Below are positions 36,435 through 46,115 of a stretch of 64,000 nucleotides of DNA, piece after piece. Each line of letters starts with the position of its first letter. Positions within the stretch are counted from its first letter, which is position 1. Source of the DNA: Escherichia phage FV3; the sequence record NC_019517.1. One strand, given 5' to 3'. The notes below the pieces were generated by a model. That model was not told the DNA's origin. It searched no databases and saw only the letters and a list, made by a program, of their open reading frames with translations. A program made the position numbers and the translations under genes.

Positions 36435-36695
36435 TTGATGAAGATTAAATTGAAAAACCTTGAAATGGCAGAGGTTCAGGAAGGTGTTGATTTCCGCTCT
36501 AAAGATGGCGACATCTTAGAGGCGAATATCCCGACCTATAAGTTGATTAAAGGTTTTGGCAACGTTCCTGAAGAGGATATTACAGACATTCTTATGATGT
36601 TGATCCTTGACGGGACCGTGTTTGTAGGTGAAGGTGAGAACGCTATTGCAATCCCAGGCCATTTTTATGAAGTAGTTGACGAAGAGGTGCTGTAA
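36435..36695 (+). CDS. small acidic protein, paralog family A-like
   Basis: MMKIKLKN...FYEVVDEEVL. Confidence 0.45.
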   Translation: MMKIKLKNLEMAEVQEGVDFRSKDGDILEANIPTYKLIKGFGNVPEEDITDILMMLILDGTVFVGEGENAIAIPGHFYEVVDEEVL

Positions 36696-37046
36696 ATGAA
36701 AGTAGAGATCACAGGTTTTGATATGAATGTGGTTCCGGAAGATATTTTAGCTAAACTTCCGGAAGGTTTTGGTAACGGTGTTGTGGTGGATGCTGTCCCT
36801 CCTACCAAAGACATTCTGCTGCAGTATGGTGTAGCAGAGGAAGATGTCGATAAAGTTCTTACAATGATGGCAATAGACCGTGTTGTCGTTGTTAAAGGTC
36901 TTGAAGGTTTTGATGACGATCCTCTGATTATTCGTGGTGATGACTATCGCATCATCGACAACGAAGGCCAAGAGTTCTACGAACCTTCTGCTGAAGATGT
37001 TCTTAACTTACTACTGGAAGCAGGCACCGAAGAGGAGGAAGAATAA
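36696..37046 (+). CDS. small acidic protein, paralog family A-like
   Basis: MKVEITG...poly-Glu C-terminus. Confidence 0.45.
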   Translation: MKVEITGFDMNVVPEDILAKLPEGFGNGVVVDAVPPTKDILLQYGVAEEDVDKVLTMMAIDRVVVVKGLEGFDDDPLIIRGDDYRIIDNEGQEFYEPSAEDVLNLLLEAGTEEEEE

Positions 37047-37375
37047 TGAAAATTGATCCGTTACTAAAGGCTCGTGCAGAAAAAGCATACACTATCAAGC
37101 TGACCTCTCTGGTCCCTACTTGTCATCCGGATGTAGGTTGGCCTGAAGGCCTGGTAGAGGGGACTGTAACAGCTGCATACCTTCCTAACATCAAATACCT
37201 CATGGAGATCTTGGAGATGGATGAGGAAACGGCAGAACAGTTCCAGTTAGACATGAAGCAAAGTGGGACTCTGGTTATTCACGGGTGGTATAATACTAAA
37301 GATGCAGAAGATCCCCTGGTAACTTCTAATCTGGCATATGAAATCTTAGGACCTTTGAACTTGGGGGAAGACTAA
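37046..37375 (+). CDS. small acidic protein (109 aa)
   Basis: track ORF; ATGA overlaps. Confidence 0.4.
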   Translation: MKIDPLLKARAEKAYTIKLTSLVPTCHPDVGWPEGLVEGTVTAAYLPNIKYLMEILEMDEETAEQFQLDMKQSGTLVIHGWYNTKDAEDPLVTSNLAYEILGPLNLGED

Positions 37376-37662
37376 TGAAAGGTTTGGTTAAGATCAAGAT
37401 TAAAGACACCAAGGGAGAACTCAGCCATTTTGGAATTAACGATGGTGACGAGCTGATCGCCCACCTGCCTACCAAGGAAGTTGTAAGCAAAGCTGTTGCC
37501 GGAGAAGAAGATGCAATGCAGGCTGCAGGTGTGGATGAAAACTATGTAGCAATGTGTATGTGCCGAGATCAGGTTGTTCTGTATAAAGCGTATCGACCAA
37601 ATGGAGCACCTGAGTGGCTTGTTTTCCGACCCGAAGGGTATGAAATTTTAGAGACGCTATGA
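37375..37662 (+). CDS. small acidic protein (95 aa)
   Basis: track ORF. Confidence 0.4.
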   Translation: MKGLVKIKIKDTKGELSHFGINDGDELIAHLPTKEVVSKAVAGEEDAMQAAGVDENYVAMCMCRDQVVLYKAYRPNGAPEWLVFRPEGYEILETL

Positions 37663-37751
37663 TAAATCTTGCCAAGGTTGCAACGGCACTGTTAATTATT
37701 TGCTGGATAGTGACCTTGGCACTATGTCTTGTATTTCATTAAGGGGGCTGT

Positions 37752-38015
37752 ATGAACATCCTGATGTGGGTTGTGGCAGTGGCGTTTGTTGCGTGCCTCT
37801 CTTGTTGGGTTGCTGTGAGGATTTCTATAGCCACTCTTCGGAAATTAGGGTTCTCAGAGTGGGATATTAATATCCTCTCTTTTCGCAATGAGACGATCTC
37901 AGCTGCCTTACTGTGCAAGAAGTTCAAGTGGAAACCTTGGGAGGTCATGAGCTATCTAAGAACAGGGGATATTCCTGAGAGATTTAAAAAAGTTCTTGAC
38001 GGCGAAGATAAATGA
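37752..38015 (+). CDS. small membrane protein (87 aa)
   Basis: N-terminal TM helix. Confidence 0.4.
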   Translation: MNILMWVVAVAFVACLSCWVAVRISIATLRKLGFSEWDINILSFRNETISAALLCKKFKWKPWEVMSYLRTGDIPERFKKVLDGEDK

Positions 38016-38170
38016 TAGTATAGTTACTAACAAGAGGTGAGGAATGACTGATTTTACTGAAGCTTTAATGATGGCCTTATCCGTTTTAGCGCTATCTGTG
38101 TGTTTTGGGGCGTTATTCACATCTCTGGTTAAAGTTTTACATACCATATTATCACCCAAGGAGCACAGTA

Positions 38171-38422
38171 ATGACGAAGATTGACTTAAATGCTGGAGAC
38201 CATGTTGTTGTCAAATGCATCGGAGATTATCTTGGATTCACAATCGGCAATACTTACGAGGCGGTAGTGGCGAAGGTTTACCATGATAAAGTCCTCAGCC
38301 TTGTATTTGACTGTGATGATGACGGAGATGACCGCTACGTCTGTGAGGTGCTGGCTCGTGACGATAGTGAAGACCAGAAATTCCTGGTTACCGAACTGAA
38401 CGGTATTTTTGTAGAACGTTAA
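38171..38422 (+). CDS. hypothetical acidic protein (83 aa)
   Basis: internal ATG of track ORF 38105..38422. Confidence 0.4.
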   Translation: MTKIDLNAGDHVVVKCIGDYLGFTIGNTYEAVVAKVYHDKVLSLVFDCDDDGDDRYVCEVLARDDSEDQKFLVTELNGIFVER

Positions 38423-38450
38423 TTTAAAACAATATAAGGAGACTCTTACT

Positions 38451-38756
38451 ATGGCTAAATCTAAAGTTGAACTGTTCACCTCTCTTCCTTCTGACACTGC
38501 AGAGCGTGATCGCCTCCGTAAAACAATTGAAGAGCTGGTAGAACTTCAGCTTCAGATTAAAGATCTGAAAGACGCTATCAAGGATATTATTCTTGTCGAG
38601 AAACAGGATCACCTGTATTCTCCTAAGTTTATCAAGTCCTTGGTGGCTACCGAATTCGATATCCGCTACGAGGCTGAAAAACGTCGAGCTAAAATCGAAG
38701 AAGAGGTTGAGCACATGTCTGAAGCAGACATTCTGTTCAAACGCTCTGCAGAATAA
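38451..38756 (+). CDS. hypothetical coiled-coil protein (101 aa)
   Basis: SD AAGGAGA; terminator follows. Confidence 0.45.
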   Translation: MAKSKVELFTSLPSDTAERDRLRKTIEELVELQLQIKDLKDAIKDIILVEKQDHLYSPKFIKSLVATEFDIRYEAEKRRAKIEEEVEHMSEADILFKRSAE

Positions 38757-38761
38757 CGACA

Positions 38762-38788
38762 AAGAGGGGTCTTGGCCCCTCTTTTTAC
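38762..38788 (+). terminator. rho-independent terminator
   Basis: GAGGGGTCTTGGCCCCTC hairpin followed by TTTTTACT. Confidence 0.65.
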
Positions 38789-38809
38789 TATCTATGAAGG
38801 AGATCAGAA

Positions 38810-39136
38810 ATGCTAATGCCGATTACTGTAAAAGAGCTAAATGAACGTGATGCAGGGGGCCTATGGCCTGCGCGGAAAATACGCTGCGTTTATATGAAAG
38901 AGAATCTTGAGCACCTTGATCAACAGATTGCGGTGGGGGATATTTTCGAAGTTTTCTATTCTAATCGCCGCAACTGGGAAACCATTCAACCTTCAGGTTT
39001 TGTTCTTGCCAAACTTGATACCGGAGAAGTGATTATCCCTGGGCTGGATATTGTCTTCGAAATTATCCAGGAGTGGGATCCTGATAAGATTAAATATGAA
39101 GAGTTATTCGGTGAAGGTATTATCAAGCCTGTGTGA
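38810..39136 (+). CDS. hypothetical protein (108 aa)
   Basis: track ORF. Confidence 0.4.
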   Translation: MLMPITVKELNERDAGGLWPARKIRCVYMKENLEHLDQQIAVGDIFEVFYSNRRNWETIQPSGFVLAKLDTGEVIIPGLDIVFEIIQEWDPDKIKYEELFGEGIIKPV

Positions 39137-39444
39137 GGTGGATTATGTCTACAACGACAGCTAAATACTCCTATATGCCAGCAACCTCCGCAGAAATAGA
39201 CTTCAGTTTCGATGTGTTTCCATTGTTTGAGATAGTCCTGGCATACCCAACAACTATATCTACTCCTGAATCACTTGTGCCTATTAAGTTGCAGAACGCT
39301 ATGCATTCCATGCACTACAACAATAAATGCAGGCACAGATGGTGTCAGGACGAGGAAAAAGATCTAGATAGTTTGAAAGATTTTGACAATCACCTTTTGA
39401 CCCCTTTCAGCTACTCTAACCTGGACAAGCCCTCATGGGTATAG
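39133..39444 (+). CDS. hypothetical protein (103 aa)
   Basis: track ORF. Confidence 0.4.
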   Translation: MRWIMSTTTAKYSYMPATSAEIDFSFDVFPLFEIVLAYPTTISTPESLVPIKLQNAMHSMHYNNKCRHRWCQDEEKDLDSLKDFDNHLLTPFSYSNLDKPSWV

Positions 39445-39468
39445 CAAAATATCAAATTTAAGGCACCT

Positions 39469-39497
39469 AGGACGCTCTGTGGCGTCCTTTTCTTTAT
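39469..39497 (+). terminator. rho-independent terminator
   Basis: AGGACGC-TCTGT-GGCGTCC followed by TTTTCTTT. Confidence 0.65.
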
Positions 39498-39657
39498 CTG
39501 GTGCACGATTGCATACCTTGGGTAGTTAATCTCATTACAGAGCGTTTAATAGCGGCCTGTAAACAGATCTCTATTTCGAGCGTAGCGAGAACGCACGTCC
39601 GTTTTGACCCAAATCACCATACGCTCGGATTTTAACCAAACCCTCGCGGCGTTTCTG

Positions 39658-39686
39658 TTGACACATTACCGCTCCTGTGATAGTAT
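39658..39686 (+). promoter_or_regulatory. sigma70-like promoter TTGACA-N17-TAGTAT
   Basis: consensus hexamers. Confidence 0.5.
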
Positions 39687-39706
39687 CCTCACATAGTTTG
39701 TAGAAT

Positions 39707-39808
39707 ATGAAATACGCAATGAAAACATTATCTGAGGTTTTAGTGGTGATCCTGATGATCATTACGTCCATAGCAGTTGTTGCCGGAATACTCACGGGTG
39801 GAACATGA
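39707..39808 (+). CDS. hydrophobic micro-protein (33 aa)
   Basis: MKYAMKTLSEVLVVILMIITSIAVVAGILTGGT; ATGA overlap with next ORF. Confidence 0.35.
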   Translation: MKYAMKTLSEVLVVILMIITSIAVVAGILTGGT

Positions 39809-39993
39809 CCAACACACATGCACCTAAAGAGACATCTGAAGAAGCGACTATAGAGAAAAACTTCAATTCTGAGGATTCTTTATCTCCGTCTCAGGTAGAT
39901 CCTGAGGCTGATGACCTGACGTGGGAAGACATCGTAGACATCTGGTTCTCTATCATGCCTGAGCACGAAGAGTTCAGAGGTGGGAGACTATGA
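39805..39993 (+). CDS. hypothetical acidic protein (62 aa)
   Basis: track ORF. Confidence 0.4.
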   Translation: MTNTHAPKETSEEATIEKNFNSEDSLSPSQVDPEADDLTWEDIVDIWFSIMPEHEEFRGGRL

Positions 39994-40112
39994 AGCACCG
40001 AGCCCACATAAGTTTATCATGCTAAAGCATGGCCTGAAGAGGCAAACGTGCATAATTCCAGTGCATTGGAACGTATAACCCTGTTCACACTCTCATTTCC
40101 AGAGGAGATTTT

Positions 40113-40328
40113 ATGAAGATAGAAATATTTGGTGGAGCTGACAACACTCGTGGCCTGATTTACCTTGAATTCGATGAATCATACCTGCCAGAGGTGTTAA
40201 ATATAGACTCTGTTGCTGAGGCTTTGGGAGTAAACCCTAAAGAACTCCACTCTTGTGCTGAGATCGATGGTTGGGAAGAGACCATGAACATTGATTTCAG
40301 TGAAGTAGAGGATGAACCGCTGGACTGA
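40113..40328 (+). CDS. small acidic protein, paralog family A-like
   Basis: MKIEIFGG...acidic C-terminus. Confidence 0.45.
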   Translation: MKIEIFGGADNTRGLIYLEFDESYLPEVLNIDSVAEALGVNPKELHSCAEIDGWEETMNIDFSEVEDEPLD

Positions 40329-40508
40329 CACACAATTAGCTGCCCGGCTAAAGTGCTGGAAGCACCTATAACACATCTTTCAACTAAATTTCCTACCACC
40401 ACAATCACTTACCTCCCACACATGACTGTTTGCTTGTTTAGTGAGCAGTCATTCCTTGACATTCTTGCCTATCCTGATAAAATTAAGTTCTTCTCTTTTC
40501 TTTTACCG

Positions 40509-40535
40509 AGTAATTCGGGTTTTCTGTTCTCTTCG
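40509..40535 (+). terminator. possible terminator closing the plus-strand block
   Basis: hairpin CCGAGTAATTCGG followed by T-rich tract (approximate). Confidence 0.35.
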
Positions 40536-42559
40536 GTTTGAAGGGGTATGGAGATACACCTGAGTGAACAGGGTGAACAACCGAACCTTTAGCTATGGCA
40601 TTAGCATGGCGAAGCGGACGGGTGACGAAAGAGGGGCCGGAGGACACCAGTCACTGCCATATGGTATATGGGTGATAACCTGAAGAGTCTGAATAAGTGT
40701 TTAAGTACCAGTCAGAGGAAAAGGTGAATGGTAGCCGAAGGGGGAGGGGGGTTTCTTGTATCTTTAATTTGTATACTTTATATACACTTGTAAACCAATT
40801 CAATTAGAATATGGATACCACACAAAGTGGATAGAGGCAAATATTCCCTATTAAACTTGAATTATTTATAGAAAATACCACAACACTGCTTAAGTCTTTG
40901 ATTTTACACACAAATATTACAAATATCCTGCCTCTATATTTAACATACCTGTAACATATTCCATACTCTCCCTGATTGATCAATTCCCCAACTACATCCC
41001 CATATTTTCCCTTCCTGTACTACCCCTGCCCCGCCGGGAGTCCCGTCATATCTGGCTTTCCAGCAAATATCACACCCACAAATATCATTGCCTGAAGAGG
41101 GTTTCATCCCATAATACCTGCCTTACCCGAAGAGCGCTTCATACACCACGTAAATTTTTTAATTGACCTGCAATTTTCCTGCAGACCCACCCCCTGCCCA
41201 GCCGGAGAGGTTGGCTTTTCCCACACAGGCCTGAAGAGTCAGCCAGAAATATCTGAAGGGGGTCCAGTTCTACCACGATTTTGACCTGACCTACAGGAGC
41301 GCTGCCAGGCGGACGAAATGGGAATACTTCTCATTCTTATAACAATTCTCAAATATCGGGGCAGTGAGGCAAATTAATAGGCGAGGCCGTTCACACAGTG
41401 GCACAACATTTGCAAGCTATTTTGCGGGGGTGAATGAGAATACCTATCATTGTGAGAATAGTTATCATTACGGGCAATTTAACATAATACCCATTATGCG
41501 CACCACTGGCGATACATACAGGGATTGATAACATGGGTTACTGTTTACGCATATAACAATTGTATTTCTTATTATTTGTGGGGGATATAGTTAGCAACCA
41601 ATAGATTAGTTATTAACCTGCGGACTTCTGACCGTCTAGACGTCCAAACGCCCACACCACAAGGATTATACATACACTCCTGCATGTAAACAGGGCCGCA
41701 AAAATGCTACCATACCAGTTTGTAAATTTTCCATGCAGCACTTGACAAAGAGGAGAAAAACTTGTCTGACACACTGGACACCTTATACACCTTATACACT
41801 TTCGATACAATAACGATTGTTATTATTTCATGTTTCACTGTTCACGTATAGATTGTTCCTGCATAGACTGTTTACGCCTGGATAGTTTACACCTTGACAG
41901 TTTACGCAGATATGATAAGCCATGACATTCGTTTGCATAGTTGCCTTATTGTTACAGGTAAAACAATTACATTGTTAACTATTTCTTATCTTTCTCTTAG
42001 TCATCTAATGATTCCAGTCAGTATAGTTATGTACAGTAAACATTAGACGACTAAATATTTCTCTGATTATAGTAACCTATCGTGACAATTTCTAACTGTT
42101 TACGAAAAATGTTGACACCTGGGCAGGTTTATGTTATGCAGTTTGTACGAATAATTATTTTGTACAGGTATTGACTATTCCGTTATTCTGTGGTTGGAAT
42201 AAATACTTTGCAGGCTATAGAATGGTGATCGTACGTGGATTCTGAGATCTGTCGGCTATAGTTACACCCGATTTTTCACGTAGGACACGCTTTTTGGTTT
42301 GTGTAAGTGTATGACTTATAAGGGTTTTTAATTGTTGACAGTATACTGAAGATGTGCATCAGGTTAAATTTTGTGCAATAGCTGCATTACGTGCAATTTT
42401 GGGAGAGAAAACGGGTAAAAATAGCACCGCTACCACACAATGAAAGGTTATGCAATAGCTATTTTACATGTATATTTGTACAGTGTGCGGGATTGATGGC
42501 TCGTCAATTATTCCACTTGTCAGGTAGGGCCGTTTATGGTAGGAAAAGAGCAGACAAAA
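40536..42559. other. gene-free repeat-rich region between convergent blocks; candidate origin, regulatory or ncRNA locus
   Basis: no credible ORF over 2 kb; motif CTGTTTACG in at least 5 copies (41540-42100), CCTGAAGAG x3, GAGAAYRNTTATCATT x2. Confidence 0.5.
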
Positions 42560-42590
42560 AGAAAGGGGCCTAAGCCCCCTTGATAATGTT
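42560..42590 (-). terminator. rho-independent terminator closing the minus-strand block
   Basis: on minus strand AAGGGGGCTTAGGCCCCTT hairpin followed by TCTTTTTGTC. Confidence 0.6.
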
Positions 42591-42593
42591 GTA

Positions 42594-42857
42594 TTATTTG
42601 TTGCTCATCCAGTTTTCCCAAGCTGCCTGATAATCTGCCTCACTGCGGCGGATCTCTTCTTGTTCTTCAAGCCGGATCTCTTCTTCCAGGTACCCAAGGA
42701 TATCGGATTTTTTGGTCTGGCGTAACATCCAATCATCTTTTTTACGAGTAAAGATCTTGTACGCTTTCTCGCAAACCTCTTTTTTACTACCTTTTTGGAC
42801 TTCAAGAACTTTGTAGGCCATGTACTGAACTAGTTTGAGCTGATCAAGACGTTTCAT
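42594..42857 (-). CDS. hypothetical protein (87 aa)
   Basis: track ORF. Confidence 0.45.
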   Translation of the reverse strand: MKRLDQLKLVQYMAYKVLEVQKGSKKEVCEKAYKIFTRKKDDWMLRQTKKSDILGYLEEEIRLEEQEEIRRSEADYQAAWENWMSNK

Positions 42858-42920
42858 GATGTTTACCTCTTTATGGGGTTCTGGTTTGGTGTGGGCCTTT
42901 TGGCCCGTGTCATTATCTTA

Positions 42921-43193
42921 TTACTTGCGGCGGCAAAATTCAAGCGTTTTTAATTGATAATCTTCCTCAGCCTGGAGTACAACCGCCTCGATCATTTCGT
43001 TGGCATTGGTGAAGCCATACCCTTTAGCGAACTCATCCGCGCCACCTTCGTGATCATGTTCTGCGTTCATCGCTTCCACAAAATGGAATTCCAGGTTATT
43101 GAGATAAGGGCTTGATGTTCCGTCCTCTTTTTCGATGAGATCCCAAATAGCATTAAAACGTGATTCGACTTCTTGGTTAATCCAGCTTGACAC
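42921..43193 (-). CDS. hypothetical acidic protein (90 aa)
   Basis: track ORF. Confidence 0.45.
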   Translation of the reverse strand: MSSWINQEVESRFNAIWDLIEKEDGTSSPYLNNLEFHFVEAMNAEHDHEGGADEFAKGYGFTNANEMIEAVVLQAEEDYQLKTLEFCRRK

Positions 43194-43533
43194 GGCGTTT
43201 TCCTCTCTTCTGGTTGTTGTGTGGGCACTTTTGCCCCTTCAAGGTAAATGCTACCCCACCACCCGGCAGATGTCAACGGTTTTTATAGTTTTTTATATAA
43301 CGGGCACCCCTGGTGATTGTCTCCCCCCGTCGCCAGGTGCCGCCCGTGAAACAAGTATAACAAAAAACAGGACCATTGCAAGCCCTGTTTATTATCTTAA
43401 AACCAGGTGCCAACCGTTTCCAATAGATCACTGACTATCAGGACAATACTGATCAGCACATACCTAACCATAAAGGGAAAGATCGCCAACATTGCCGCCA
43501 CGATCCCCATGGTGATAATTATCTTTCTCATGA

Positions 43534-43818
43534 TTAACGGGTCACGTAAGTTTTCCCGTTTACTGTTATCGGCAGATCCTCCAGGTCTGGATCTTCTTTA
43601 AGGTCGCGAGCAAGCTCACCGCACCGGATGCCCTCGAATCCGTAGTACTCTGTTGTGCCGTCCTGGAAAGTTTTTGCGGCAAGGCATAACCGATAAGTAA
43701 CACCGATTTGATTGACGGCATGGATATCAGTTAGATCTACCTCTTTTGCCAGCTCTTTAGCCATTACAGGCGCATTAAGTCCAATAACCAGGGCAACCAC
43801 TGCGATCATCTTTTTCAT
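43534..43818 (-). CDS. small secreted protein with signal peptide (94 aa)
   Basis: N-terminal MKKMIAVVALVIGLNAPVMA signal. Confidence 0.5.
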   Translation of the reverse strand: MKKMIAVVALVIGLNAPVMAKELAKEVDLTDIHAVNQIGVTYRLCLAAKTFQDGTTEYYGFEGIRCGELARDLKEDPDLEDLPITVNGKTYVTR

Positions 43819-43907
43819 GTTGTCTATCCTCTTTCTGCTGCGTTTAAGGCGGTTACCGCCGCCTGTTTATGCTTTGTTAGTTAATGGGGCGTACGGTATA
43901 GATTAAA

Positions 43908-44132
43908 CTATGCTGTACGCTCAACTATAACAACGGCTTGAGGGATCTCACCTTCCACCACTATCAAGGCTTTTTTCTGCGTGATAGATATCTTTACCCG
44001 CTTCAGCGTGGCGGTAAAATCTTTCATTTCGTCACGTGGTGTTTTAGTGCAATACCAGATCTCAGGCTTACCTATTTGCAAGCCGCGTAAAAATTCCGTT
44101 TTGCCTGTTTTGTTCGTGATCATTTGTTTCAC
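43908..44132 (-). CDS. hypothetical protein (74 aa)
   Basis: track ORF. Confidence 0.4.
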   Translation of the reverse strand: MKQMITNKTGKTEFLRGLQIGKPEIWYCTKTPRDEMKDFTATLKRVKISITQKKALIVVEGEIPQAVVIVERTA

Positions 44133-44310
44133 CTTACCCGATACCGTGGGAAGATAGGATCATGTTAGCCATAGTTGCAACCACTCCAACCGATAATGCC
44201 ATGCCAACTACTACAACCGTGAAAATTTTTTCTAACATGATTCCACCCTCATTAATGGGCGTTGCCTTATTGCCCCGCCCTATGTCGTACACTTTTCTTC
44301 TGATCCTCTG

Positions 44311-44574
44311 TTAGCATACGATAGCGATCACGCCGCCACAAATAAAAGGTAAATCAAAACTGTCTAACTTGCAAGCTATTTTTAAACGAAAGGCAACATA
44401 AAAGAAAAGTTGCAAACAATCGATCATTGTGTTAGCTGTTGAAACGCTGCCAGCATTAAACACCACCCCGCCCACGGCGTTAAACGTTGCGTTACTCACG
44501 AAAGTGAAAAGGCAAGCGATCACGGTGGCGATCATAATGTTGCGTTTTGTCAATCTGTAAATGATGTTTTTCAT
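44311..44574 (-). CDS. small membrane protein (87 aa)
   Basis: hydrophobic helices. Confidence 0.4.
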   Translation of the reverse strand: MKNIIYRLTKRNIMIATVIACLFTFVSNATFNAVGGVVFNAGSVSTANTMIDCLQLFFYVAFRLKIACKLDSFDLPFICGGVIAIVC

Positions 44575-44643
44575 TCTGTCATGTTGGCGGCATCATTGCC
44601 GCCCTACGAAATACATTCTACCCGATTTGTAATTGTTGTCAAA

Positions 44644-44868
44644 CTAATTTTTACAAGGGATCAGTAAACTTCTTGCTACTGCTTCGCGTAGTCCTTGACT
44701 TTTTATCAGATCTATTGTTGCAGGATGGCAAGTAAAAGCCTTTGACCATTTTTGATCCCCTGGTTTACGGGCAAAAATGTAAACTTCCCCGTCGATTTCA
44801 TCCCAACGAGTATTGCTTGTTAGTTTTTTAAGCGCCATGATGATTTCCCTTTTAGTTGTGAGCGGCAC
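44644..44868 (-). CDS. hypothetical protein (74 aa)
   Basis: track ORF. Confidence 0.4.
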   Translation of the reverse strand: MPLTTKREIIMALKKLTSNTRWDEIDGEVYIFARKPGDQKWSKAFTCHPATIDLIKSQGLREAVARSLLIPCKN

Positions 44869-44913
44869 TATTGCCGCCCTATGTGATACATCTTAAACTA
44901 ATTTAAAACGTTG

Positions 44914-45147
44914 TCAACACTTTTCAAAAAATTTTTCTGCCGTGATATTCTTCCCGGTAGGGTTCGCTACTTTCAAAATTTTATCATGCACTGGACGCCC
45001 AAAAGAATAAGCGCCGTACACAGTGCACCAATAATCGCCGTCAGGCTGTACTATTACCGCCGCATAGGGTACGCCTTTTTCGTTTTTGCTGACAAAATAG
45101 ATCACATTGCCATTAATAGCCTCAGCGCGTTTAATTTGTTCCATCAT
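44914..45147 (-). CDS. hypothetical protein (77 aa)
   Basis: track ORF. Confidence 0.4.
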   Translation of the reverse strand: MMEQIKRAEAINGNVIYFVSKNEKGVPYAAVIVQPDGDYWCTVYGAYSFGRPVHDKILKVANPTGKNITAEKFFEKC

Positions 45148-45213
45148 GATGATTCACCTATCTTTATTTTTTTTTCATAGTTTCAGGAGGGGCCTTTTTC
45201 GGCCCCGCCAGGC

Positions 45214-45513
45214 TTATTTATTGATGGCGTGCAGCGGGAAAGGTACGCCAGGTTGATAGATAACTTTTACAACCTCATCGGGGCAAAAGAAATTACAAAA
45301 TTCACCCCGATAAGCTTCATCTTCTTTTAATTCTTCATCAACATACTTAAAAAAGTAGTCGATGCTTGGATAATCCTGGCCGGGATTATAGTCGACCATT
45401 GTCAGGACTAGTTCAAGATCGTTGCGCAGGATATGCATACCCGCTTTTAAGTATTTTGCTTCCATTTCTACTACATCGCCAACGGTAACAATAGCCATGA
45501 TTTTAACTCCCAT
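45214..45513 (-). CDS. hypothetical protein (99 aa)
   Basis: track ORF. Confidence 0.4.
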   Translation of the reverse strand: MGVKIMAIVTVGDVVEMEAKYLKAGMHILRNDLELVLTMVDYNPGQDYPSIDYFFKYVDEELKEDEAYRGEFCNFFCPDEVVKVIYQPGVPFPLHAINK

Positions 45514-45724
45514 CTATCCGGTTAATGATTGGGGGGCCGCCCCCCCTGGCACGTCCTATTATCCATATTGTAGGGCTTGATGCAAGTACTTCTTTAAAAA
45601 TTTTTAAGCGCCTTGGGGGCCGCTGTAGCGCTAAAATAACAAAGGCCATGCAACCGCATAGACTTTATGTGATTATGTCGCTGCAGGCCCCGCCACGGGC
45701 CTTATTTTGCATCATTTGCCGGAA

Positions 45725-46045
45725 TTATCTGGAGAAAACATCGTTCACAATAGCGATCACAATGCCGCCCACCTTGTCACGGTCAACAATGCACAAATCA
45801 CCATAGATCATGTGGTAGTCTGGATGATCTTTCACGGAATAGTCAATGAGTGTCTTCTTATCGTCCAGCTTTTTGACTTCCATGGTCATTGTAATGAATT
45901 GATCGTTAAAGGCACTATTGCGGAAGACCATTACCTGGCCGCCTTGACATCCAGTGATCTCAACTTCCACGCCGTCTACGATCTGACCATCAAAGAAATA
46001 AAGATTATTGGCGGGTATAAACATGATCATTGCTCCTTTTTGCAC
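45725..46045 (-). CDS. hypothetical protein (106 aa)
   Basis: track ORF. Confidence 0.4.
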   Translation of the reverse strand: MQKGAMIMFIPANNLYFFDGQIVDGVEVEITGCQGGQVMVFRNSAFNDQFITMTMEVKKLDDKKTLIDYSVKDHPDYHMIYGDLCIVDRDKVGGIVIAIVNDVFSR

Positions 46046-46068
46046 TGATTATTTTAACAGGGTTTAAA

Positions 46069-46113
46069 TTTACTTTATTGATGGCCCTGGAGTCAAGGCC
46101 ATCTAAAAATAAA
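46069..46113. repeat. 45-bp conserved intergenic element, copy 1
   Basis: TTTACTTTATTGATGGCCCTGGAGTCAAGGCCATCTAAAAATAAA with GATGGCC/GGCCATC inverted repeat. Confidence 0.7.
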
Positions 46114-46115
46114 CT

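Noticed and set aside
40353-40541. Track ORF 40353..40541 as a gene
   Set aside because: No SD, proline/serine/threonine-rich low-complexity product in the intergenic region after the last plus-strand gene
40676-41245. CUGANGA-like hammerhead ribozyme cores at the three CCTGAAGAG motifs
   Set aside because: Downstream sequence lacks a consistently placed GAAA and proper stem II/III pairing in all three copies (G-G clash at 10.1/11.1 in the best one)
40330-42593. tRNA genes in the gene-free region
   Set aside because: No T-loop-like GTTCRANYC or cloverleaf arrangement found on either strand by eye; would need tRNAscan-SE to exclude fully
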